Shown piece after piece: positions 49,778 to 58,544 of a stretch of DNA of 64,000 bases. The translations under genes and the position numbers were made by a program. Positions within the stretch are counted from its first letter, which is position 1; each line of letters starts with the position of its first letter. Source of the stretch: Promethearchaeota archaeon (GTDB taxonomy: Archaea > Asgardarchaeota > Lokiarchaeia > Sigyniarchaeales > SOKP01). The stretch lies in the NCBI GenBank assembly GCA_048940645.1, contig JBHLOI010000008.1, positions 1 to 64,000 on the forward strand, given 5' to 3'. The notes under the pieces were generated by a model. That model had not been told where the DNA came from, searched no databases, and was given only the letters and a program-made list of their open reading frames with translations.

Positions 49778-50027
49778 TTACTTTGATTTCATCCGTCTTC
49801 TTGGAGTTCTTTTTGTGGCTACTCTTTTTGCTCCTTTAGTTCCCTTTCTTTTAAATATTGTATAGCCACATTTCCCACAAGATGATCTTTTATGGATAAT
49901 GAGTTTAATCTCATCATCTATCATAGTGGTCCGCGAGAAAATAGGCAGGTCCACACTTTGGACATGTGCGATGGGTTCTAACTAATTTATCTCCTTCAAT
50001 TTTATATAAATTTGATATATTCGTCAT
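49778..50027 (-). CDS. rps27ae: 30S ribosomal protein S27ae (eS31), split by a 31-nt intron: join(50027..49920, 49888..49778), 72 aa
   Basis: Exon 1 [36 protein letters not shown] + exon 2 [16 protein letters not shown]...MKSK*; usual position between rps24e and kae1. Confidence 0.9.
49889..49919 (-). other. putative BHB (tRNA-endonuclease-type) mRNA intron, 31 nt
   Basis: UAUG/CAUA 4-bp central helix, AUA and AAA 3-nt bulges, 9-bp intron stem GAUGAUGAG/CUCAUUAUC with AUUAAA loop; canonical cuts restore the frame. Confidence 0.82.
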
Positions 50028-50054
50028 TTTTCCTTCAATTTCAAAAATATTTAC

Positions 50055-50411
50055 TTATTTATAATCAAAAAGATGTTTATAAGGTTCTTTCCTCTTTTTC
50101 AATTTATAGATTTCTGTTCTTTTTTCTTTTTCTAGATTCCTTGCTTGGATATGAAAGGGTTCAAAATATTGTAATTCATCTGCGTTTTCATATATATGAG
50201 CAGTACCTATATCGTGAGCGGAACCAAATTGTGTCTTAATATCACTGATTATAGTTAATTTTTCATTTACTTTGCTCATTTTAGCAATTTTCTTTTTTAT
50301 TTCTAACCTATTCGGAGTTCCTTCAGCAAAATGATCGATTTTAAATCTTAATTCAATCCTCTTTATCAACGGATTTTTCTTCTCTTCTAAAATTTCAATA
50401 TTTAGCGGCAT
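50055..50411 (-). CDS. rps24e: 30S ribosomal protein S24e (eS24)
   Basis: NPLIKRIE...H..GTPNR..IKTQFG..GTAHIY..FEP.HI..RN. Confidence 0.95.
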   Translation of the reverse strand: MPLNIEILEEKKNPLIKRIELRFKIDHFAEGTPNRLEIKKKIAKMSKVNEKLTIISDIKTQFGSAHDIGTAHIYENADELQYFEPFHIQARNLEKEKRTEIYKLKKRKEPYKHLFDYK

Positions 50412-50730
50412 AATGAACCTTTTAAGTAGTTTAATTCTGAATCAATCAGTTAATTTAAAGATGTTTCTAAGTTATTTAAGATCAAAGCACGATAAGAATT
50501 AAAATTTTGGTTTTTTTGAATAGGCTATAGCACAAATTAATGCTTTTAACTGGAAAATTAAGATTTTATTATGGAATGAAGTAATAATATTGATAATTAC
50601 TATGTTAAGCTTTTTCTGGCTGAAAAATGTTTTAGCAGGAGTTTTTTCTATTATTTTCATAAGCAGTATATTCTTATGGTTAACTTTATTAGTACTAAAC
50701 ATAACTAAAAATAAAATTGAAGATAAGGAA

Positions 50731-51318
50731 ATGCATGAAAATCTTAAAATCCCCGAAAAAGCGAGGCATAAATTTACCCAGCCTTTAGGAAAATTAATTG
50801 CAGGGACTAGGTCAGAAACAATTCCTAAGGTAGAGAATTTAATAAAAGAGTTATTAAATTCTGGTTTTGAAATTAATGTATATCTTGTTGGGGATATTGT
50901 CACTAATGATTTTCTTATAAATCAATTTTTAAGAGAGTTTATTAAGTTATGCATTGTTGACGAGAAAACTCAGAGAAATCAAATTAAAATAAAAAATGAA
51001 GAATATTTTGAGGAAATAATAGAATTTAAGAATCCAAAAGGTACAATACCTATGGAAAGTTTTACTTTATTAAAACAAATAATAATGTCGAATAAAAGAA
51101 TTTTATTAAAAATAATCGAAGGAGAAGAAGATTTATTAGTACTTCCTCTAGTTATGACTTTCCCTCTTATTCAAAATTTAAAAAGCTTAGTGTTTTACGG
51201 ACAACCTCCCATAACAGATTCTAAAAATCCCATTCCAGAAGGTATTGTTATGGTTGATGTAAATAGAAGAATTCAAAAAACAGTTAAAAAATTTTTATCG
51301 ACTATGCTAAAGGAATAG
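50731..51318 (+). CDS. GTP-dependent dephospho-CoA kinase (DUF359)
   Basis: F.QPLGKL, VGDIVT, IVDEKTQR, NPKGTI, EGEEDLLVLP, YGQP..EGIV; true start likely ATG 50731 rather than 50590. Confidence 0.9.
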   Translation: MHENLKIPEKARHKFTQPLGKLIAGTRSETIPKVENLIKELLNSGFEINVYLVGDIVTNDFLINQFLREFIKLCIVDEKTQRNQIKIKNEEYFEEIIEFKNPKGTIPMESFTLLKQIIMSNKRILLKIIEGEEDLLVLPLVMTFPLIQNLKSLVFYGQPPITDSKNPIPEGIVMVDVNRRIQKTVKKFLSTMLKE

Positions 51319-51326
51319 ATTGTTTT

Positions 51327-51518
51327 TTAACGGACTCTTAAAGCATACTTTCCAGGAAAATGAATCTTCAAATATTCTGCAAATTTTGACTCTTGAGGTT
51401 TTATTATTATAACTTCTCCTGTAAAATCATCACTTAGACTATGGGTTTTACATTTAGGGCAAATTTGTTCATTTTTAGTTATTAAATGACAGTTTTTACA
51501 TGCTCGGTCTTTTGAAAT
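51327..51518 (-). CDS. spt4: transcription elongation factor Spt4 (RpoE2), apparent ATT start (not in ORF track)
   Basis: (M)SKDRACKNCHLI..QICPKCK..LSDDFTG.VIII.P..S..A..L.I..PGKYALRVR; in-frame TGA five codons upstream; GAGGTGA SD. Confidence 0.93.
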   Translation of the reverse strand: MSKDRACKNCHLITKNEQICPKCKTHSLSDDFTGEVIIIKPQESKFAEYLKIHFPGKYALRVR

Positions 51519-51525
51519 ATGTAAT

Positions 51526-51532
51526 TCACCTC
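51526..51532 (-). promoter_or_regulatory. Shine-Dalgarno GAGGTGA for spt4
   Basis: Consensus archaeal SD ending 7 nt before ATT 51518. Confidence 0.75.
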
Positions 51533-51539
51533 ATTTTCT

Positions 51540-52136
51540 TTATTTTTTATTCTCTTTTTTACTAGCAGTTACTTTTTCTTCCTTTTCTGTATACTCATCC
51601 TCAATATCTTGTTCGATCCACTCTTCTTTTCCTAAAAATTTTTGTCTCATAGTTAAACCCAATTTTCCACTCCTTCCAGTTCCTAATGATACTGCTATGA
51701 TTTTAGCACGCACAATATCATTTACTTCAAGTATTTTTCCTGTTTCTTTCCCTATAAATCGATTGCCTACTTGTTCATATGATATATAATCATCACATAT
51801 CTGTGAAACATGAACCAATCCATCAAGTGGTCCTAACCTTATAAAAGATCCGAAATCGACAATTTCTACTACCTCTCCTTCCACTACTTCAGATATCACC
51901 GGTTTAAAAGAAAGGATTGTAAATTCAACCTCATGAAATGTGTTTGCATTCCCAGGAATTATTATTCCAGGGCCCACGTCAACAACGTCGACTATTGCAA
52001 TTATAAATCCATAATCTCTAGTAATAATCCCCTCATAATCCTCAGATAGAATTATACGGGCAGAAACATCCTTCGGTTGGTCAAATAAAAACGGTGGAAT
52101 CTCAATTTTCCCTTGAATTTGAAAAAGTTTGAAAAT
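51540..52136 (-). CDS. rpoE1: RNA polymerase subunit Rpo7 (E'), apparent ATT start; the ORF track gives only the C-terminal 145 aa
   Basis: (M)FKLFQIQGKIEIPPFLF...EVVEGEVVEIVDFGSFIRLGPLDGLVHVSQI...GLTMRQKFLGK; GGTG SD 7 nt before ATT 52136. Confidence 0.93.
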   Translation of the reverse strand: MFKLFQIQGKIEIPPFLFDQPKDVSARIILSEDYEGIITRDYGFIIAIVDVVDVGPGIIIPGNANTFHEVEFTILSFKPVISEVVEGEVVEIVDFGSFIRLGPLDGLVHVSQICDDYISYEQVGNRFIGKETGKILEVNDIVRAKIIAVSLGTGRSGKLGLTMRQKFLGKEEWIEQDIEDEYTEKEEKVTASKKENKK

Positions 52137-52341
52137 GACTATACACCAGTTAAATAGATGAAGTATAATTGAAATTTTAAATGTAGCATAAAATTAATAA
52201 TTTTTGGTTTTCCTACAATAAGAGAATCAATTTTAAGATTTTCAAAAATCAAATATTTTTAATTAATAATTTCCTAGTTATTAAATGAATCTTCTCGAAT
52301 TTATTTGGTTTTGGATTTGATTAAAAGCCCAAGCAACAAAG

Positions 52342-53481
52342 GTGGAAATTTTGAGACTCATAATTAAATATTATTGGATGTTTCAGATAATTGCTTTTCT
52401 TCTCCCCTTGATAGGGCTTCCATTTCCTGTTGCAGTTTTTAAAATACCTGATAATGATTCTTACATAATAGACGGGTCTATGACACTATGGGGTACACAA
52501 TCCGGTATTTTTCCAGACACCTTTAGTATTAATACGTTGATATACATTTCTTCAATTGTATGTTCATGGATTGTAATAATCAGTTCCTTTTTGCTTCCTA
52601 TTTTTTCTGCTCGCTCCATAAAGAGGAAAGAGAGGTTAGAAAAACGCATTTTAATTATTTGGATATTTATTGCATCCTTATTAGTGGGGATATTATTATT
52701 TTGGACTACAATGATAAATAACACAATTGGAGCGTTAATGCCTCCCGCACTTCAAGACACCAATTTTTGGGAATTTTTTACCCCAGGCTTTGGTTTTTTT
52801 TCCTTACTTATAAGTGCTGGCTGTGTATATGCAGGTGCACTTCTATATTGGAAGCGACGTAGCGAAGAAACTTTAAGAAGCGCTAAAATTCCCATTGCAG
52901 AATCCCTTAACAACCGTAAGGAAAAGTTTGAAATTAAAGAAGATTTAGAGATTGGTGCTTTTTGGATTACGTTTATACTAGCGATCGCATTAACGTTTTG
53001 GATATTAATAACTATAGGAATATTTTTAATGCCTAATATGTCCCCTTTATTTTATATCTTAATCCCTTTAATGTTTTGGGGGGGTTTCTTCTTTATTTTA
53101 AATATAATTATAAAATACACGCGAGGCGCCACAAAAGTAAGAACTCTTACAATTACAGAAGAGGAAATTAGGCTTCAATTCCCTAATAAGCCTTTTTTTC
53201 AAATCAATTGGGAAACATTTGATAAAATTCTAATTAATGAAAGAACCGAAAATCTCCCGTTAGTTCGACGTTATGGTAAAAGCTTTAAAATTAATTATTT
53301 TATTCTTGTATTTGAAGGAAATTCTGGTCTTGTAAGTAAATTTGAAATATCTACAATGGAATTAAACTATAATAAATTAATATCCTTCATTTACAAATTA
53401 AATGAATTTGCCTTGAAGAAAGATAAAGAAGTAATAATTAATTCTGCAAACATCAAGATAAGACTAAAAAGATCTATTTAA
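52342..53481 (+). CDS. multi-pass membrane protein: tetraspan N-terminal half plus 2-TM/PH-like C-terminal half
   Basis: Hydrophobicity pattern; C-terminal LTITEEEI...INWETFDKI resembles bacterial PH-like domains. Confidence 0.55.
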   Translation: MEILRLIIKYYWMFQIIAFLLPLIGLPFPVAVFKIPDNDSYIIDGSMTLWGTQSGIFPDTFSINTLIYISSIVCSWIVIISSFLLPIFSARSIKRKERLEKRILIIWIFIASLLVGILLFWTTMINNTIGALMPPALQDTNFWEFFTPGFGFFSLLISAGCVYAGALLYWKRRSEETLRSAKIPIAESLNNRKEKFEIKEDLEIGAFWITFILAIALTFWILITIGIFLMPNMSPLFYILIPLMFWGGFFFILNIIIKYTRGATKVRTLTITEEEIRLQFPNKPFFQINWETFDKILINERTENLPLVRRYGKSFKINYFILVFEGNSGLVSKFEISTMELNYNKLISFIYKLNEFALKKDKEVIINSANIKIRLKRSI

Positions 53482-53530
53482 AATTCATTCCACTTACTAT
53501 TTTGGCGAAAAAGTAAATAGCTTTTTACAT

Positions 53531-53923
53531 TTAAATTAGTTGAGCTATTTTTTCACATGTCCGCCTGCAGTCTAATAAAATTAAGCCTAGTCGTACATCC
53601 TTATCTGCAGACACCGTTAATACGGCATTGGGACCAGCTTGTAGGATTAAAAGATAGCCATCTGAGCCTTTTATGTACAGCTGATCAAAATCCCCTTTAT
53701 TCATCTCTATAATAGCTCTTTCAGATAAGGAGAGTAAAGCTGCGGTCATTGCGGCGATTCTTGTTTCATCAACATCACGTGGAAGAGCTGAAGCAATTGG
53801 AAGCCCTTCAGCAGAAACTATTGCTGCAGCTTTCACTTCCGGAATAGCTGCAAGGAGTTTTTTTAATAGGTCATCAAGTGTTTCTGGGGTACTAGCATCC
53901 ATTTGGCTCAATTTCTCCTTCAC
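53531..53923 (-). CDS. roadblock/LC7 domain protein
   Basis: AAAIVSAEGLPIAS..RIAAMTAALLSL.ER..LYIKG..GY..LGLI. Confidence 0.93.
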   Translation of the reverse strand: MKEKLSQMDASTPETLDDLLKKLLAAIPEVKAAAIVSAEGLPIASALPRDVDETRIAAMTAALLSLSERAIIEMNKGDFDQLYIKGSDGYLLILQAGPNAVLTVSADKDVRLGLILLDCRRTCEKIAQLI

Positions 53924-54181
53924 TTTTGGTTAATATTAAAAGAAGTTGATATTTTATTAGATAATAATTATCTTAAACCATATTTATATTTAAAGTAGAT
54001 TGTGGTATTTATTTTTTTTTATTCGTTTTATATATAAAAATGTTCTTTATTATTAGTTTATTAACTTGTATAATATCTGGATAAAGGTACTTTTTCTTAA
54101 TGAGGTATTTCTTAAATTTGCATTTTAATCTGTTTGGTATAGATTAAAGATTGGTTTTAAAGTCAATTATAAATTTTGAAC

Positions 54182-55237
54182 CTAGAAATTGTAACTTTTT
54201 ACGGTTTCAATCATAGTTCTAATATTTTCAGGTTTAGCAATTGCATTTATTTGTTGAGTAGGGCTAACAATAAGAGGTGTTGTAGTTTCTTTTGCTTTTG
54301 ATAATAATTTAATAACATAATTTTTAATTTGAACAGGAGTTCCAAAGGCTAAAAATGAAATATCTAGGTTGCCAATAAAACATATTCTATTCATAAATCT
54401 CTTAAAAAGAGAAAAAATATTCACTCCTGCAGAAGGCTCCAAACTTTGAATTCCATCAAATCCAATTTCAATAAATGTATCAATCAAATTAGATATATAG
54501 CCATCAGAGTGTAATATAACTAATTTATTATGGTTATGAATAGAATTAACGATATCATAATAATTTTCAAAAAACAATCTCTTCCACATCGATTTTGGAA
54601 TGAATTCATTATTTTTGTAGCCACAGTCGTCAGCAACAAGAAATAATTCCACTCCAATGTGTTCTAGAGTTGAAATTAAGCTCTTTATATAATCTGAGAA
54701 AAAGTCTACCACTTTTTGAATGAAAGATAAGTTATTCTTTTTTACACATTTTGAGAAATAAATAAAACCCATTGATTGCCATGTTTTTTCAAATAATCCA
54801 GGCAAGGATAAAGCAATGCTTAATTCATGTTTTAATTTAGGTAAAAATTTTTCTAAAAGTCTTAAGCTTTCCTTAGATGGAAGTTTTAGGTGTTCCCAAT
54901 TATCGATTGTTTTTTCATCTTTGAAAACACCATCCCAAAAATACCAGTCATTTTTATATATTCTTCCCCAACCATCTACCCTGACTTGCTTATTTATTTG
55001 ATAACCTCCTTTTCCCCGTCTGAAATCCCATAAAGAGATAGCATCAAAGCCCATTTTTTTAATTATATCATAATCCTTCTCAATAAGAATAAACTTTGTA
55101 GGATCAATTTCGATATTGTAGAGATCTTGATAACTTTTTAAGAAATCCAATTCTGGGTATCCTGGACAGTAGATTGGAACTGAATCTGTTGTTTCTTTTT
55201 TTAAAGTTTTGACGAAATCTGTTTCTAATTGGTTCAT
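54182..55237 (-). CDS. uroporphyrinogen decarboxylase family protein (MtaA/CmuA-like)
   Basis: DGWG, ADDCG, LHSDG, GNLD, FGTP..I, PEN..MIE. Confidence 0.85.
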   Translation of the reverse strand: MNQLETDFVKTLKKETTDSVPIYCPGYPELDFLKSYQDLYNIEIDPTKFILIEKDYDIIKKMGFDAISLWDFRRGKGGYQINKQVRVDGWGRIYKNDWYFWDGVFKDEKTIDNWEHLKLPSKESLRLLEKFLPKLKHELSIALSLPGLFEKTWQSMGFIYFSKCVKKNNLSFIQKVVDFFSDYIKSLISTLEHIGVELFLVADDCGYKNNEFIPKSMWKRLFFENYYDIVNSIHNHNKLVILHSDGYISNLIDTFIEIGFDGIQSLEPSAGVNIFSLFKRFMNRICFIGNLDISFLAFGTPVQIKNYVIKLLSKAKETTTPLIVSPTQQINAIAKPENIRTMIETVKSYNF

Positions 55238-55323
55238 TACAAGGATCTTTAGAAACCAAAGAATAATTATTTGATTATTAATTATAAAAATAATTAAACT
55301 GATATTAACAATAAGTTATTTAA

Positions 55324-56502
55324 TTGGTAACTATGGATCTTTGGACTCTTGTTAGTATTGTATACACTATTGGATTATCCCTGATTCTCTTTATTTTTGC
55401 TTTTTTAACGTTTTTTATTGGATACGGAGGTCATAGAGCAAAAAACCGATATGGTGCAATTTCTACGATTGTTACTGGTTCTTGTTTGATTATTTTTGGA
55501 TTATATAATCTTTTTTTTAGAGATTCTTCTCATATGGGATTCTTCCCATATCCATATAACGGATTCATGGTATGGTGGGTAGGAATTGTTCTCCTTATTA
55601 ATGGTGTTTTTGTTATGATTATTAAATTAAAAATGAATAAAATGGATTTACAAGTCAAAAATTCAAGCAATAGCGCGGATATATCGAAAAGAAAATCCGG
55701 TTTGAGAAGATATGTTGAAAAAATGATGATAGAGGATCCATATAAAGAAGAAATTCCATTTAAAATGGAATTGGTAAGAAAGAGTTTTCATTTAATGGGC
55801 ATACTTGTCGTTATAGGCTATTTTGGATTTTTCTTTTTACTCCCTTTAACTCAATTAATTAGCGATGGAGTAATAATGTTAATTAATCAAGTTGAACCCG
55901 CATATGAACTTTTATGGGGTGATGTCTCTCTTTTTCCTTATATAATAGGGGAGTTTCAGGCAGTTATCGATCTCACTATGATGGGCTTATTAGGAGCTTT
56001 AATATTTGCGCTTATATCTGATTTATTTCGAATCCTCAAAGGTCCTGAATATTCACTTCTAAACTTCATTAGTCGTTCCATTCTGAGAAATAAGGAAAAA
56101 AATGCCTTGGGTCCACAAATTTATATTATGACGGGAATTGTTTTTTCTTACATGCTTTATATGGCAGGAATTATGCATATTCGTGCTTTTTTCGCGGGTA
56201 TACTCATTGCGTGTTTCTCGGATGCGGCTGCCGCTCTAATAGGTAGAAAGTACGGCAAGCATAAGATTACTTTAAGAAGTAAAGATACAAAATCCGTTGA
56301 GGGTTTTATTGCTGGGGTTGTTGTAGCATACATAGTTGGTCTGATTTTTGTTGGTCCAATTTATGCCATAATTGGAGCATTAATCTTCTTTTTAACTGAT
56401 TATTTTCCTGCTGTAACTGCTGATAATATTTTGAACCCAATTTTCATTCCAATAGGAATTCAACTTTTTATTTTGCTATTAGGTTTACCTGTAGGATGGT
56501 AA
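55324..56502 (+). CDS. SEC59/DGK1/VTE5-family CTP-dependent lipid kinase-like membrane protein with extra N-terminal TMs
   Basis: ELVRKSFHL, LR.KE, FSDAAAALIGRKYGKH..KSVEGF, DNILNP. Confidence 0.82.
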   Translation: MVTMDLWTLVSIVYTIGLSLILFIFAFLTFFIGYGGHRAKNRYGAISTIVTGSCLIIFGLYNLFFRDSSHMGFFPYPYNGFMVWWVGIVLLINGVFVMIIKLKMNKMDLQVKNSSNSADISKRKSGLRRYVEKMMIEDPYKEEIPFKMELVRKSFHLMGILVVIGYFGFFFLLPLTQLISDGVIMLINQVEPAYELLWGDVSLFPYIIGEFQAVIDLTMMGLLGALIFALISDLFRILKGPEYSLLNFISRSILRNKEKNALGPQIYIMTGIVFSYMLYMAGIMHIRAFFAGILIACFSDAAAALIGRKYGKHKITLRSKDTKSVEGFIAGVVVAYIVGLIFVGPIYAIIGALIFFLTDYFPAVTADNILNPIFIPIGIQLFILLLGLPVGW

Positions 56503-56509
56503 TTTAAAT

Positions 56510-57349
56510 ATGCGTGAAATAATCGAAGAACTTAAAGATATTGAATTAGCAATCTTTGACTTAGATGGAGTTATTTATAGGGGAGATAAATTACTCCCAG
56601 GAGTAGATGAAGTTATCCAACAATTAAAAGAACTTTCAATAAAAATCGTCTACAATTCAAATAATTCTACAGCAACTAGGCAGATGTATGTTGATAGATT
56701 AAAAAAATTCAAAATCTCAAGTGAAATTGGAGATTTCTACACCAGTGCTTCAATTACAGCATCAGAAATTTCTAAACTAAAAACAAAGGCTAAAATCTTT
56801 GTGATAGGTGAAATTGGCTTAAGAGAAGAACTAAAAGCTTGCGGACATGAAATTATAAAAGAGGAATCAGAGTATAAGACTGTTGATTTTGTGGTCGTAG
56901 GATTAGATCGTGATTTTAAATACAAAAATTTAGCATTAGCTCAAAAATGTATTTTAGATGGCAAAGCTCAATTCTATGCTACGAACGCAGACGCAACATT
57001 ACCAGTAGCTAGTGGTTTTTTACCAGGTGCTGGTGTTATGGTAAAAGCTCTAGAAACATGTACTGGGATTAAACCTATAAAAATCTTTGGAAAGCCTCAA
57101 CCTTATGGTATAGAACTTATTCTGAAGGAGGAAAATGTTCCGATTAAAAATGCTGCTATTTTTGGAGATCGCTTGGATACAGATATTTTAGCAGGCAATT
57201 TAGCAGGCATTAAAACAGTGTTAGTGTTAACTGGAGTTTCTCAAATGAAAGAAGTTAAACAATTAAAGTTAGATGATTCAAATGAGGTTAATCTCAACCA
57301 AATACCTGATCTCATTTTAGATGAATTAAATAAAATATTTACTAATTAA
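56510..57349 (+). CDS. HAD-IIA family phosphatase (NagD-like)
   Basis: FDLDGVIY, SNNS, TNAD, GKP, GDRLDTDI, VLTGVS. Confidence 0.93.
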   Translation: MREIIEELKDIELAIFDLDGVIYRGDKLLPGVDEVIQQLKELSIKIVYNSNNSTATRQMYVDRLKKFKISSEIGDFYTSASITASEISKLKTKAKIFVIGEIGLREELKACGHEIIKEESEYKTVDFVVVGLDRDFKYKNLALAQKCILDGKAQFYATNADATLPVASGFLPGAGVMVKALETCTGIKPIKIFGKPQPYGIELILKEENVPIKNAAIFGDRLDTDILAGNLAGIKTVLVLTGVSQMKEVKQLKLDDSNEVNLNQIPDLILDELNKIFTN

Positions 57350-57480
57350 ATATCTGATTATATTCTTTAATAAAAAATGGATAGTACGCTCCTCACGTAA
57401 TTGTCTAAAAATCCTATTTTTTTAATTCTAGATTTTTTATTAATTATTCGAGTAAAAAGTAATTCTATGGGGTTGTTGAT

Positions 57481-57816
57481 ATGGAAAAATGTAATATAGA
57501 AGAATTGGAAGAATTAAATACAATTGGAGAAATCAATTTAGTTCTAGAGGATAATTGTACAAATTTTGCAAAAGAATTAGAACAAGAAATAAATAAAGCT
57601 CGAGCTCACCATAAAAAGATTGAATATTATTCTGATAATCTAGCAATTTACTCTTATAAAAAAGATCTAAATATGGGACGGGATATTTTGATTTTTGAAA
57701 CTATCTACAAAAATAGAAATGATAATAAGGCTGAATTATCATTTATCGCAAATAAAAATATGTATGGTTCTCATTTACTTTATTTAATCAACAGAGCAGA
57801 ATTAAAATCTAAATAG
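57481..57816 (+). CDS. hypothetical protein
   Basis: 111-aa ORF, no recognised motif. Confidence 0.5.
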   Translation: MEKCNIEELEELNTIGEINLVLEDNCTNFAKELEQEINKARAHHKKIEYYSDNLAIYSYKKDLNMGRDILIFETIYKNRNDNKAELSFIANKNMYGSHLLYLINRAELKSK

Positions 57817-57850
57817 GCTAAAATAAATCTAAGAATTCAGAAAAAGAGAA

Positions 57851-58387
57851 TTAAATTATTCCTGATCTATGCAACATTATTTTGGCAATTTCAATAAAGA
57901 TTTCTTCAATGTTACGTCCATCTTTTGAAGAGCATTCAATATATCCATATAAATTATAATTCCTTGCTAAATCATACGCTTCTTTGGTCGATACTGTCCT
58001 TTTATATTGTAAATCTAATTTTCCTCCAACCATTATGACTGGTAATTGCCTATTATCCCCAATGAAACCTCTTTTGAAAATTTCAATCCAATCTTTAAAA
58101 TTTTTCAAGCTTGAGTATCGTGTGATATCATACATAAAAATCCCACCCGATGCTCCAACTACATAACTAGGTAAAAGAAATCTAAAGCGATCTTCTCCAG
58201 CAAAATCCCATATTTGGAGTGATACCTTTTTTCCTTCAATTTTTAATTTTTTAACATGAAAATCAACACCTATAGTTATGGTAGAATTTCCCTTAAAAAT
58301 ACCAGTAAGATATCGCTTGATTAAAGTCGTCTTGCCCACTCCACCATCCCCGAATAGACAGACTTTATACATAGCATCGCTTTCCAT
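57851..58387 (-). CDS. Rab-like small GTPase (Ras superfamily)
   Basis: G1 GDGGVGKT, TIGVDF, G3 WDFAGE, G4 GKLD, G5 CSSK; no C-terminal prenylation cysteine. Confidence 0.93.
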   Translation of the reverse strand: MESDAMYKVCLFGDGGVGKTTLIKRYLTGIFKGNSTITIGVDFHVKKLKIEGKKVSLQIWDFAGEDRFRFLLPSYVVGASGGIFMYDITRYSSLKNFKDWIEIFKRGFIGDNRQLPVIMVGGKLDLQYKRTVSTKEAYDLARNYNLYGYIECSSKDGRNIEEIFIEIAKIMLHRSGII

Positions 58388-58544
58388 TTTCAGTACACCA
58401 AATTAATTAATTTCTTTTCAAACTATTTTAAAAATTTTAAATTTAAAATAGATTCATTTTTAGATTTGTTAATTGTTAATATTAAGAAAGTTCTATTTTA
58501 AAAATAATTTGTTTTAGAAAGATTTTAAAGGTTTACCAAATTTT

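Noticed and set aside
49911-49917. AUGAUGA (perfect box C) inside the intron, suggesting an intron-encoded C/D sRNA
   Set aside because: There is no CUGA box D, the intron is only 31 nt, and the motif is fully paired in the intron stem.
49778-50027. rps27ae as a pseudogene, or selenocysteine/frameshift recoding at TGA TGA
   Set aside because: Both halves are otherwise intact; further in-frame TAA stops and the frame change exclude simple readthrough; BHB geometry explains the insert. A pseudogene is not formally excluded without RNA data.
50590-50730. Hydrophobic N-terminal extension on the DUF359 kinase in the ORF track
   Set aside because: Family similarity begins at ATG 50731; the extension looks like translated AT-rich intergenic DNA.
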